In this document: piece after piece, positions 11,795 to 23,870 of the stretch | Layout of the letters: every line of letters begins with the position of its first letter | Position numbering within the stretch: position 1 is the first letter of the stretch | Source: Camelus dromedarius | Lineage: Eukaryota | Direction: 5' to 3' | Assembly (NCBI RefSeq): GCF_036321535.1 | Contig: NC_087436.1 | Span: 93,622,001-93,686,000, forward strand | Length of the DNA stretch: 64,000 nt | Program-made: the position numbers and the translations under genes | The notes under the pieces: model-generated | The model's database searches: none | The model's input: only the letters and a program-made list of their open reading frames with translations | What the model was told of the DNA's origin: nothing

Positions 11795-12719
11795 ATCCTA
11801 TTTAGTCCTCAAATTGAGGTATAAATTTCACTTTCTCAGGAGAGTGTTTCCTGACTCTCCAGTCTATCACATGTTCCTTCATTTTATTTTCTCATAGAAC
11901 TGAATTTCTTTCCTCCAGAATATAAGTACTTTCTTACAAACTGATTTCAGTAATTTTGTGATTAATCTCCCTGACTTCTCTATAAGTTCCACAAGAGGGA
12001 AGATTGTGTTTTTATTCACTGAAGTGTTTCCTTCTCTCAGCCTAGTTCATGCACATATGGATTAAACATTGGTCAGATAGTAATAGCACAGGGCCATTTA
12101 AAATGTGAAGTGATTTAGCAGAAAGCCGAGTCCTTAACTTTATAGAGCTTAGAGTCTGTTTCATATTGGGGAAAATCCTTATTTTAAGGATTATACACAC
12201 TAAAAGGATGCAGATTTTTATTATTATTGTTATTGCTCAAGCCTTTTCAAAATACTCCTGTAAATAAGCCTTTTATTAGCTTTCTTTCTACTTTGTTGGT
12301 AGTCATTTTCTTTAAATAGCTATCAACTCACATTTGTCTCTGCTTATAAATGAAGTTGTACTAAAGACAAAAAATAAAAAGGAAAAGTGAGTTGTGAAAT
12401 CTTTCTAAGGAGCTGAAAAGATACAGGGCAGAAGCAAAGGTGCATTGAGGAAGCATCTCTTGCTGTTTCAGGGCAATTTAAAATAAGCCCACCCTTTTAA
12501 TTATACCAGAGTAATGAGCCTTATCCTTAATATGTGAAAATATAATTTAAAAATGTGTGGTGGGCCAGTAGACCAGTTGTCAGGTGATTACCTGAATCAT
12601 AAAGTTGGAAGTAATGCCCATTAAAGGTTACTAGTTTGGAAAGGTTAGATTAGAATTTAGTCTGCAAATATGAAGTTTCTCAACTTGAATAATGCTTTAG
12701 AAAACCACTAACATTTGAC

Positions 12720-13920
12720 TTTTTTTTAACATCTCATAGAAATGTAGTAAGCATACAGAAATGTGCACATCAGGGTACATCTTAATGAATTTTCATATCT
12801 GGATCAGGAAAGTGTGTTACCATCACAACATCCCAAAGGCTACTGTCTTGCTTCTCCCCTTTCCTACCCTCCAGAGCAAACCACTATCTGGACATAGATA
12901 TGTTTTTCCTGTTTTTGTACTTTATATAAATGGAATCATGCGGTATTGGCATTTGAATTAATATAATAATTATTCTAAGTGACAGTCCTGATAGCAGCTC
13001 ACTGAAAACAAGGTCTGTTTTCAGTTTCCTTATGATGTATCTAATTTGGTAAACTGACAGTTTACCATTGTTACCTAGTTCCTTGTTATTGCATTAAGAC
13101 ATTTTTTGTGTAAATGCATGTACGTGTGTGTATGCATACACACACATATAATATATGCTTTTAAGAATGTTACACACATTTGATCATGCATATTATTCAC
13201 CTCTTTGGGATGTGTCTTAAAGCCCTTTTCGTATCAGCTCATGAGGATTCGGTTCATTTTTCCTAATGGCAGCACGCTACTCCATCATATGACTGTATTG
13301 TAGTTTAATGAACTGATTATTCACTGATGAACAGTTAGGTTGTTATTGATCTTTTGCTTTTAGAACAATAGAGTCCATGCAAGTTTATCTATAAAATAAA
13401 TTCTCAGGAAAGGAATTGCTAAGCAATAGGGTCCATGCATTTTAAATTTGCTCATATATTTCTAAATGGCCCTCCAGAGAGTTTTGCCAGTTTTTACTCC
13501 CACCAGCAGCATTTGAAAATTCCCTATTTCTGATGTCCTTGCTTTAGATTATGTATTACCAGCCTTACAGTCAGCTATGGGAAAACCAGTAAATCGTCAT
13601 TATTTAAATTTGCATTTTCTTCAGTTTTGAATGATGTTAGTTGTTCATGTTTATTAGACATTTGTATTTCTCTTAGGACTTGTTTCTGTCCTTTGCCCAT
13701 TTTCCTATAGTTTTTTTTTTTATAGTTGTCTTAATAATTTCAAAGAATTCTTTCTATATAAAGGAAACTTACTCTTTTATGTTACCTATGGTGTGAATTT
13801 TTTTTTCAGTTTGTTATTTGTCTTTGTTGTGTTTATAGCCATTTCCCCCCCCTAAACAGAAGGTTTAATATGTGGTGAGATTTACCAGTTTTTTCTTTAT
13901 TGGCTTCTGAATTGTGTGTT
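12720..13920 (-). mobile_element. Old L1 (L1ME-type) antisense fragments
   Basis: ttttgtactttatataaatggaatcatgcggtat and gttttgccagtttttactcccaccagcagcatttgaaaattccc. Confidence 0.6.
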
Positions 13921-14197
13921 CTTAATGAAAAAAAAGCATTGGAAACTTGAGATAGATAACTTAAACCTGGCATGGAAAAAAATCTCAAGAGATGTTTGTG
14001 GGAAATGTGTTTAAGCAGGAATTTGAATTTCAGTCAAGTGATTCGATCAAGTATACATAAACAAAAATTTGAACATTATCTGCCAAGATTTGTTTAATAT
14101 TTTAGCAGCTTTTAGAAGAACTTCCAATGCTCTGCTTTTTTCCTTTCATGCTTTGTTGTTTGGAGTTTTAATTTCTTCAAATGATCCCTCTTTTCAG

Positions 14198-14247
14198 ATT
14201 TCAGATTATAACCTATATCCTGCACCACTGCTGACGTCCAGTGATCC
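14198..14247 (+). other. APBB2: 5' UTR part of the APBB2 start-codon exon
   Basis: Pyrimidine tract plus acceptor ccctcttttcAG ending at 14197. A second possible AG at 14203-14204 makes the exact 5' boundary uncertain. Confidence 0.7.
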
Positions 14248-14266
14248 ATGTCAGAAGTACTTCCAG
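14248..14266 (+). CDS. APBB2: APBB2 first coding segment (ATG TCA GAA GTA CTT CCA G = MSEVLP + first base of Ala), phase-1 donor
   Basis: Matches the known APBB2 N-terminus MSEVLPADSGVDTLAVFM. Followed by donor G|GTCAGA at 14267. In-frame TAA at 14209-14211 lies upstream of the ATG. Splices in frame to 26617 (G+CT = Ala). Confidence 0.93.
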
Positions 14267-17200
14267 GTCAGATACACTTTCATATTTTTCAATGCAGTAT
14301 AATAGTCGACTATTAAAACTTTAACAAATATACGCTAGATAATTATTTTGATGTTAAACTTATGATTTGCTGCAATGACATGTTTTTGTTTTTCATTGTT
14401 CCTCACTGATGTAGTAGAAAGGTAGATCTTTAAAATAAGATAGAAGAATTAATTGAGCTTAACTCTATTCATGTAATAATTGCATGACTCTGCTAATATC
14501 ATAATGTGAAAATATTTTAGTTGACCATAACAGAAAATTAAAACTATGTCATAGTTTGCCCTTTTAGCATTACATGTTATAGCCTGTGAACTGTTAAATG
14601 TGAACAAAGGAGGTGAGGCTGGTGAGGCTCCAGAAACAGCATCTTGGCCATGGTGGGGTTTGTCTAGAATAGAGCTCCGAATTCAGTATTCTCCCTGGAT
14701 CTAATGCTGATTAATTTCAGGCCTTATGAAAACCAACTTAATTGTGTTGTATATGTCCCTTTCTTTGCGTCATGATGGATGCTAGTCTACATACAACGTG
14801 GTGTAGGATTTAATTCTTAGTCTTCTAATAATATAATAAGGAAAAAGCAATTGTGATGACATTTTGAATTAAACATAATATAGGACTGTAAGTGACAGGT
14901 AGCTCTGGGTAGACTCTGTATTTGTTAGGACGCATACCACTCAGGAAATTCTGAGTTTTTAAATAAGTAGGTTTAAACCATGGGCAAATAGATATTAATA
15001 TCTCTAAATTCTAAAATTAAACTTCATGAGTATGTCCAAGTCCTTTCCCCCTTTTTATAACACTGCATGTTACATCTCAACAGAGAACTAAAATAAAACA
15101 TAATAAAATAAACACTAAGCTCAGTAGACATAGATGAGTGACAGGAAATAACCTTTTTATTAAAAACGTTACAAACCTAAGTTCACACAGGAAAATTAGG
15201 AACTTAAAGGCAATTCTTAGAGGCAAATTTAGGGGCAGGGAGTAGATTTTCTTTGTAAATATATATTTGAATAAATATGTTAACTTTGCAAAATCAAAGC
15301 AAATACATATGTGCTCTAAAAATATATTTTAAGTGTTTAGAATAATTCCTTTTAGGAATTCCTTAGCATTTAAAGTCTTTTATTACATTGTGAGATAGTT
15401 TCAGTATGGAAAAATTGTAAGAATAAAGCTGGCAAATGCATAAATAATGTGGTTTCCTCTAAATAGAGGTGAACTAATCAAATAACTTCTAGAAATTTCT
15501 TGTTGACACTACATTTTGTTTTACCAGTTATTCTTTTTTCCTGTTGTTACTCAATTGGCTTTATTTGTTGGTTATATAAGAGATAATGAAACCATTATCC
15601 AGCTTGGTTTTTAATGACTGCTCCTACTATCATGCGTTGGTATAGGATGGAACACATTTTACAAGGAACGCAGTATTCTTATTTCAGTAGAGTGTCATTC
15701 CAGCCATGCTTTACCTGAAAATCCAGTGAAGGAGAGTCTGGACCAATAACTGGGATAAGATTTGCTTTCAATCCCATTTTCCAATGCTCAGGAGCTCTGA
15801 CTGCAGGGCGCTTTTTAAAAAACAGACATACCAGAGTATATAACCTTATATGCCTGGAAAATTCCTGTTGAACCTTCAAGATTCAACACAGGAATCCCTT
15901 CCGAGTAGGTCTCAGCCTGTGACATAGTTGAGTAATTACCCTATTTCAAGGACTCTGCCAGTTTTATCTTTTTTCTCTTTTGGAGTTGACTTGAGGCCAG
16001 CTTGTCAGATATTCAAGAAAATTTGTATCGTTACTTTGACTTTACCTACTCTTTTTTCACCTAAAGCAGCTTGATTACTGACCATATTCATCAAACTTGG
16101 CCATAAAACTCTAGAGCCATATTTTTTCAAAATACTGTCATCTTCAGAAGACACCATTTAGAAGAAGATGAAATGATGAAAACAGCTTAGAAACTGAACA
16201 AAGAACATACCCTTAGGATAAGCACATTATATCCCCAGGTGACTACCTCTGCCAGGTGTGACGTTGCAATGCCAGATTTTCCCCCATCTGGAGTGCCTTT
16301 TTTCTTCCTTTTCCACTGGTGGACTCCTCCCTACCTGTCCTTCAGGACCCAGCTCAGCTGTTCCTTTTGTGGGACCCTTCCCTGAACCTCTCTCCTCATC
16401 CCTAATACCTTCTTCTCATAAGGCCCTCTGCCTACTTTAACCATTGGGAGTTTGGTTAATAATTTTTTCTTGCACTGCCCTGTATAATTGAGTTTTTAAA
16501 GAAAAGCATTTGGTACATCTTTCTTGGCTTTCCTCAGACCCACTTGGGATGTTGAACAGAGTGAGCCCTCAGGCAGTTTAGTTGAATGGGGCATGGGAAA
16601 CCCTTAGGTGGGTTAGACCTAGCAGCTGAAATCACCCCTTTGTCTTAGAACCCGGGGAAGTTACCCTGTGAACCAGCTGTGTGAGATTGTTCTCCAGGTT
16701 TAAAAACTTCTGAGGTTCTAATCCTGGGATCACTCTAACCCAGGGACCAAAGCTGACTCCTTAATAACCTTTGGCTCCTTTGTTCATAGAGAAGTTCTTA
16801 TCATTTTTGTCACATTGAAAGTTTACTTTCATGAATAATTTCAGGAAACCAGCTTTATTTTGCCTCTCCTTCCTAAAAGAAAAAAAAACTGAGTTTATTT
16901 CATTTCCTTAATACTTTGAGGTCAAGTTCAAAAGGCAACATTCCTTGGAGTAGAAGTTTTGCTGTTAACGCCTAAGTGGAAATAAAATTGTATAGCAGAA
17001 GAATAAAAATGAAGAAAGCGTGAAGTCTCATTTAAGAGCGACGCCGACACGGGGCTTCCCTGGGCCCATGTGTCAGTTTCTAGTTTGGTTAGCATGCCAC
17101 GGGAGCAGAGTGGGAGCGGCAGGTCACTGAAGAGAGGGGTTTGCTGTCACTACTGGCAAGCTTTGTCTTTGACAGAAGGCTAGGAGTCTCAGAGAAGAGA

Positions 17201-17384
17201 AACAGGGAGGGCAGGTTTAAGTATCGGCTCCAGAACGGGTTTGTATTAGGTTGTCATCTGAGTTAGGGGGGACAGCTCAGCGCAGGGACCCTTATGACCC
17301 AGGGTTTGAGGAAAGCTTTGTTAGCCATGGCATTAAAATGACCCTGGCTTGCCTAATTTTGTTTAGGCTTCATAAGAAATAGGC

Positions 17385-17800
17385 TGTGTATTATATTAAC
17401 TGAAGCTCGTTTAGTTGCTGAAAAATCTATTGACTTCAATACCCTGGAGGTCCCAGTGCCTCGTTTCAGGCATGACTTGTTCCTGGGATCCCGTGTCACC
17501 AGAGCCTGCTCCCTTTCTCTCTGTCTCCTGGCTTGGCTTGCCCATTTGTTAGGTTTTCCCTGTGCAGGTGTTTCTTCATGGTGACACCTTAAAGCTCTAA
17601 GCTTATGTCTTCTAGTTCAAGAAAAAGAGAAAACACTTTTTTTCTGATCATTCTGGCAAAGGTCTTAGAATTGGTCACATGCTTTCCCTTGAACCAGTCA
17701 CCGTAGCCATGGAAATTTGCTGCTCTGATTGGCTGGGCCTGGACCGTGGACCTCATGAATAAGGGGTAGAATCATCTCTGCCTAAGCTCAAGGGCTGAAT
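17385..17800 (-). mobile_element. Old MLT1-type LTR remnant
   Basis: ttcaggcatgacttgttcctggga...ggtcacatgctttcccttgaaccagtcaccgtagccatggaaatttgctgctctgattggctgggcctgg. Confidence 0.6.
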
Positions 17801-18479
17801 CCCCAGAGTGTCAGCTTTGGGAGAGCAGGTATTTTAATTGTGTCCGCTTTGTTCACTGCTGTACTCTCACCAGTGAGAACTGTATCTGTCACATAGTACT
17901 GCACAGAAAACTGTCTGTCAGATGAATGAATGAGTATGGAGGAAGGCTGATTCTCAAGAAAAAGTGTGGGGGTTTTACCAGAAAAGTAGGAAATACATGC
18001 CAGGCCATGACAAATGTTGTCCTTCGTGCATGCAGGAGGGTGACGGCAGCAGTAATCTGAGCTCTTGTCACACTCTTAGCTCTGAACATATATGGAGCTC
18101 TGAAATAGGAATTGATCCTCCTGAATTGATGCTGGATTTTTGTAATTTATGCTCAAAATAGCATGATGAATAGATGTGGAAGTGATGGCAAAGTCACGGG
18201 TCCCGTCACCTTCCAGACATCCAGGCACAGAACCACCTTTGTATTGACAACTGGCCTTCAGAGCTCCTGGCGTTTGCTTACTCGTTCCTCATTCGTTTTA
18301 CTTATTTTGTGCACTGTTATGTGCTTGGCCTTGAGCAATTGGCACATAGTAGATGCTCAAAAAATACTTAGTTAATGAATGAGTGGATGATTAATGAACC
18401 ATACATTTATTGAGTGCTCTTAATAGCGAGGCTTTGTAAAAGGAACTGAAAATTCTGGGAATATAAAAATGGAGGGGAA

Positions 18480-19262
18480 GTGTAAATCAAAATGAAATCA
18501 CCCTCGTTTGGATAGCTATATAAAAAAAGAGACAATAACAAATGTTGACAAGAATGTGAAGAGATTAGAATCTTCATGCATTGCTAGTGGGAATGTAAAA
18601 TGGTACAACTGCTTTGTAAAACAGTTTGGCAGTTCCTCAAAAGGATATATATATGTGTGTGTATATACATGTATATATATGTATAGATGTGTGTGTGTGT
18701 GTATATATATATAGTAAATATGTATATACATCTGTATAATCACAAAATTATAATCAGCAGTTCCAATCTTGAGTATACATCCAAGAGAATTAAAAACATA
18801 TGTCCACACAAAAACTTGCACACAAATATTCACAGCAGCACTATTCATAATAGCTGAAAAGTATAAACAACCTAAATGTCCATTAAGTGATGAAGAGATC
18901 AACACAATGTGGTATGTCCATACAGTAGAATATGATCTGACCGTAAAAAGGAATGAAGTACTGATGCACACTGCAACATGGCCGAACCTTCAAGATCCAC
19001 ACCAACTGGAGGAAGCTAATCGCAAAGACCACATGCTGTATGAGACTGTTTTATGGAATGTCCAGAAGGGGCCAGCCCATAAAGACAGGAAGTAGGTTAG
19101 TGGGCTAAAGAGTACAGGATTTCCTTCCAGGTTGATGAAAGTGCTCTGCAATTAGGTTGTAGTGATGGGTGCACAATTCTGTGCATATGCTAAACACCCC
19201 CAAATTGTACTTTTAAAAGGTGTACTTTATGGTATGTGAATTATATTTCAATAAAACTGTCT
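18480..19262 (+). mobile_element. L1MB-type 3' fragment containing a (TA/TG)n microsatellite (~18645-18730)
   Basis: Degenerate ORF2 end (HPRELKTYVHTKTCTQIFTAALFIIA...) and 3'UTR ending tatggtatgtgaattatatttcaataaa. Confidence 0.85.
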
Positions 19263-19279
19263 TAGAAAGTGAAGAAAAC

Positions 19280-19990
19280 AGTCACTTCCCTCAGGGAGCT
19301 TGCAGTGGAGAAGTGGAGACAGATACCTCAGTTGATATTATAGTGTAGTAAGTACAGAAGTCCTGATGTGAACTGCATGGTACATACCTAGCACAGAGGA
19401 TGGGAAGCCACCACTGTGTACAGGAATCAGAGAAGTCCTCAGGGAGGATATGATGCTTGAGCTGGGTTTTGAAGGATTTATAGGAGTTTTCAGGCAGGAA
19501 ATAGGGCAAGGGTAGAGGAGATGAGGGCCTTCCTGGGCAGAGGACACAGACTCTATGTGCAGAGGCAAAGAGTTGTGAAGAGGCTTGGCATCCTCAGGGA
19601 AGCTGACTGTGGCTGGTACCATGGTGGGAGGGCAGGTGCAGTGACAGGAGGTGTGATTGGAAGGGTAGACTGAGGCTAGCATGAGCAGAGAATTTGAAGG
19701 GCCTTGTGTACTGAGCTGAGTTTGGACAACAGAGAGTGAGCAGATGTTTTTAAATGAGAACTACACAATCCGTTTGTTTTTGGAATTGCACAGGGCAAAC
19801 TGTCAGGGTAGGCTGCAGTTTGGGAGAGCCATTATGCTTGGGAGACTTAAAGTGGTGAGGGCCTGAAAGCAGGCATGGAGAAGGAGAGAAGGAAGGACTC
19901 AATTTATTGGAGAAACATTTTCTAGTAGAATTGACAGAATTCAGTAGGATAAGAAACTCATGAAGCACTACTCCCAGGTTCCTAGGCAGG
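19280..19990 (-). mobile_element. L2 fragment
   Basis: cagggagcttgcagtggagaagtggagacaga...agaagtcctcagggaggatatgatgcttgagctgggttttgaagga, L2 antisense pattern. Confidence 0.7.
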
Positions 19991-20884
19991 GAATCAGTTA
20001 ACATCCAGCCCGCGTGTAGGTGGACTTAACTTCCTCTCTCCCCCCAGTTTAGAGGGAGGATCAGACCAAGTGGTCTTTGATCTAGAACTACAATAAAATC
20101 ATGTGAAGCAAAGAAAAATGGAACTGGCTTAAATGCACCCACTTTTGATTAGAGTCTCAATAGAGTTTCTTTCATTCTGTATCCTTTCATTTCTGTATTT
20201 ATAGAGCATTCATTTTTCATCGTAATTTGTTACATTTGTATAGTTGTGATGTTGCTGTTTCCCATGCTACTGAATTCTCTTCTGCTTCGTATTATTAATG
20301 ATGGAGACGGCAAACCAGGAGGAGGTAAGGGACAGAGGAGGGTCCAGAACTGGATGGGGGAGCACCTCTGCAGTGTGCATGGCCCCTCTGCTGGGCCTCC
20401 AGTTTTCTTCAGACCAAAGCATGGAGAGCTTTGCACTGATGGGATAATAGCTGCTGAGAAATCACGTTTGGCAGAGGGGTACACCAATCTACTCTGGGTC
20501 AAAGAAAAAAACAAGAGAGAGGCTGACTCTAAATAGTCTTTTCTTCTTTAGGGAGTTATGACAGAATTGAGCTGGAATTTTCTTGAGCTGAGACCGAGGA
20601 GCAAAATAAATTGGTCTAGACAGTGTATTGAAGGGTTTTACTTTAACTCTTGCCCAGATGCTACGTGCACAGGGTGAAAGCTGAGGTAACTGACCACTGA
20701 TCACCTTTTCCCATTTCTGAGGGCATCAGTCTTTTCAAGGAAAGGGAAAATGAATTTGCTGTTGACTATTTAGGCAATAATGGTGGTTTCCTTTCAATCT
20801 TTAATAAGGAACTCAAAAATTCTACATAGACTTTTGTGGTAAACCTTTCTTGAGATGTTAATGAAACACTTATCTTTCTCACTT

Positions 20885-21300
20885 TATTCGATAGTTTATT
20901 CTATGAACATTATTGAGGGCCTACCACGTACTAGTCCGCTGTGCTGGTTGCTGGTGGTCACAACTTAGTGGGAAACTCAAATAGGTTAAAAATACAACAG
21001 TGTGAGATATGCTGTTATGTTTATGCAGAAGTGAAGATAGATTTATGAAGTGGCTGGTACCATGGTGGGAGGGCAGGTGCAGTGACAGGAGGTATGATTG
21101 GAAGGGTAGACTGAGGTTATGAAGGTTGGGTGTGTAGAAGGAGGGAACCCTGGAGTCTGCCTGGGGTGGGGGTGGAGGGTCAAGGGAAGGCTTCCCAAAG
21201 AGGTGACATCTACTCTGAATCTTAAAGGAGAAGTAGAAATTTGCCAGGAAGGAGAGAGGGATGCTAAGAACGTGTGCACATGTTAGACACGCGTGACCAG
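20885..21300 (-). mobile_element. L2 fragment carrying a recent 66-bp templated insertion
   Basis: attattgagggcctaccacgtactag...gtcaagggaaggcttcccaaagaggtgacatctactctgaatcttaaagga. Confidence 0.7.
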
Positions 21301-21376
21301 AGTATTCCAAGAGCCTCTGAAATCACACTTCACGTAAATATCATCATATTCTTCCAAATTCCTCTCTTCCTTATTG

Positions 21377-21556
21377 CAATGCTTCTCAGCCTTGGCCACA
21401 CACTGGAATCACCCAAAGGACATTTTAATACCCTGACTGGGACCAATCTAACACTAGTTGAATCAGAATTTGGAAGTGTCTTTGGGGGCAGGGCCTAGGC
21501 TTCTGTACTTTCTAAAAGCTCCCCAAGGTACGCATGCAGCTAGGGTTGAAAACAAT
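21377..21556. mobile_element. MER5-type hAT MITE
   Basis: caatgcttctcagccttggccacacactggaatcacc...gaatcagaat...aagctccccaagg...agggttgaaaaca. Confidence 0.7.
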
Positions 21557-21789
21557 TTCTTGTTCCTGTCACACCTGTGCGCTCCCTTTCAGAGACCTCT
21601 GACCCTGTGGCCTTTCCTTTCCCCCAGCCAGAGGAGGAACCCCCCAACCCTCCTTCCGGCTCCGTCTCCTGCCCTCTCCGGGCCGATCCCGAAGTGCCTT
21701 CCTCACTGTTCCTACCCGTACACCTGCTACCTGGATCATGTCCCACTCTGTGCCCATTCCTTTTTTTTTTTTTAAATTTTCATTGCGAA

Positions 21790-22225
21790 AGTTGTCCTTT
21801 CATTATCTTGATAGTTTCTTTTGCTGAGCAAAAGCTTTTTTTGATGCATTCTCACTTGTTTATTTTTGCTTTTGGTGTCAAATGCGTAATATCATTGCCA
21901 AGACCTGTGTCAAGAAGCTTACCTGCTGTGTTTTTTGTTTGTTTGTGTTTTTTTTTTTTCGGAGGTTTATGATTTCATGTCTTACCTTCAAGTCTTTAAT
22001 TCATTTTCAGTTAATTTTTGTGTGTAGTGTGAGGTAATGGTCCAGTTTTATTCTTTCGCATGTAGCTGTCCACTTTTCCCAACACCATTTATTGAAGAGA
22101 TTGTCATTTCCTTGTTGTATATTCTTGGCTCCTTTGTTATAAATTAATTGATCATATATATGTGGGCTTTTTTTTTGGGCTCTCTATTCTGTTCCATCGA
22201 TCTATGTGTCTGTTTTTATGCCATC
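21790..22225 (-). mobile_element. Internal L1 ORF2 fragment lacking the 3' UTR
   Basis: gttgtcctttcattatcttgatagtttcttttgctgagcaaaagc...catgtagctgtccacttttcccaacaccatttattgaagaga...tgtttttatgcca. Confidence 0.85.
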
Positions 22226-23669
22226 AAGCTTCAATTTTTTTTTTTTAAGTCACTAACTCTGTGTTTCTCCTTTGTCATTCTTTCTAAATTTTGTCCCTCT
22301 CCTCACGTTCCTGTAGACTGCTCTTCCCCTTGGGGAAGACTTTATCTTCAAAGAGAAAGTGGAAGCTACCACTTTTATTTTTCCTTGGTTTTGTGTCAGT
22401 ACAGTGACGAATGTGCCTGTCCCCATCCTTACTTCCTGTCCTCCCTTCTCACGTCTTGGGCAAGGCTGACTCTTCCACATCTGCTGTGGTCCTTCCTCTC
22501 TCCATATCATCAGGTCTCTCTCTCTTTTGTGTTTTTGTTTCCCCTGCTCTGTTGGCCTCTGCTTTCCCCCTCTCTGTTGGCCTCTGCTTTTCCAGCCTAT
22601 AAAAAATAAAACATGGCTTGGACTTTCACTTTAGAAAACAAAAATTCCTTCCCGTAACCTCAGATCTTCCTCCAGGGGCTCTTCTCTCCCAATGTCCTTT
22701 TCATAGTAAAGTTCCTTAAGGGTCCCTCTCTGCCCACCTCTGCCATCCTCCCGAAGCTGTTGGAACAGAAGCCACCTCTGTCCTTGTAATCACTCAGTGC
22801 ACTTGACTCTGTTCAGTCCTTGCCTCTAAGTCCAGGTGGCTGATGGAGACCTCATCTTATGCCCTGGTCAAGAGATGAATGACCAGAGCTGGTACTATAG
22901 CAGTGAAAGAGGAAGGCTTTCTTTCCAAGTCTCTCATGCGCACCTCCTCCTCTCCCTGCTGTCTTGACTGGACTATTGCAGTAGTCTTGCAGCTGGTCTC
23001 CATGCCTGGGCTTTGCTCTCCTTTGGTCAACAGCAGAGTCGGGCTCTAACAGCAGATAGAAGAGCATGAAGATGGAGCCAGCCTTCCTCTCTCATTAGGG
23101 AGACACCCTCTACCTACCTTATTCTGCCCTTTCCCTGACAACCACTGATGCTTTAGTTGCCTAATTTACATTGCCTGTATTGCCTTTTATCAGAATCATC
23201 TCCTTCTTGGAGAATATGTTGGAGGAAAGATGCCCTTTCCCCCCACCACATAAAGGGATACAGCACACACATTCAGCCTCAGGTTCATTCTTCATGCTGC
23301 TGTTGAAGTGCTTGGTCTTCTCTACCTCAGGGTCAAGTCCATAGTCTTGGAGCAGGTCTTACTGTCCTCTCTGCCCCGTCCCTCCCCCACCTCTCTTCGC
23401 CACCTCTCCTCTCATGTCTTGATGTGCTCAGACTCCCCAGATGGTAATCCACCCTCCCTCACCTCCAGGTCCTCTCCAGCCTGACGTGGGAAGACCAGTT
23501 ACTCCTTTGCACCTCGCGCGCCCCCACCCTGGTTGACTTCTGTCACTTTATTGCACGTCTGAGGCTGAAAGCACTTAGCTGTCGGGGCCGTGTGTCTCGG
23601 TTTCCGCGCAGTGACGGCTAGAGGTGTGGCGGTTGGAGACAGTGTGCGAGGCAGGTGGGAGCTGTAAGG

Positions 23670-23870
23670 TGATGATAAGCCCTAACCTGTACTGAGCTCC
23701 TGCGATACGCCAGGCACTAGGTTCAGTGCTTGACAGCTGCCTCTCTTAGTCCTCAGCAAAGCTCAGTGAAGTGTGCATACTATGATTATCCTCATTTCAT
23801 GGTAAAGAAATGAGGAGTTTAAGTAACTTGTCTGTTATATCAAGGAGTTTGGATGTAGGCTTTTTTGACT
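23670..23870 (-). mobile_element. MIR SINE
   Basis: gtactgagctcctgcgatacgccaggcactagg...attatcctcatttcatggtaaagaaatgagg...aagtaacttg. Confidence 0.7.

Noticed and set aside
18769..19095. L1 ORF2-like ORFs (also 11367-11603 and antisense-L1 ORFs at 4986-5699, 51676-52321, 62577-62900)
   Set aside because: Truncated retrotransposon remnants, not host genes.
22547..22591. Short tandem duplication ctctgttggcctctgcttt x2
   Set aside because: Ordinary slippage in pyrimidine-rich low-complexity DNA.
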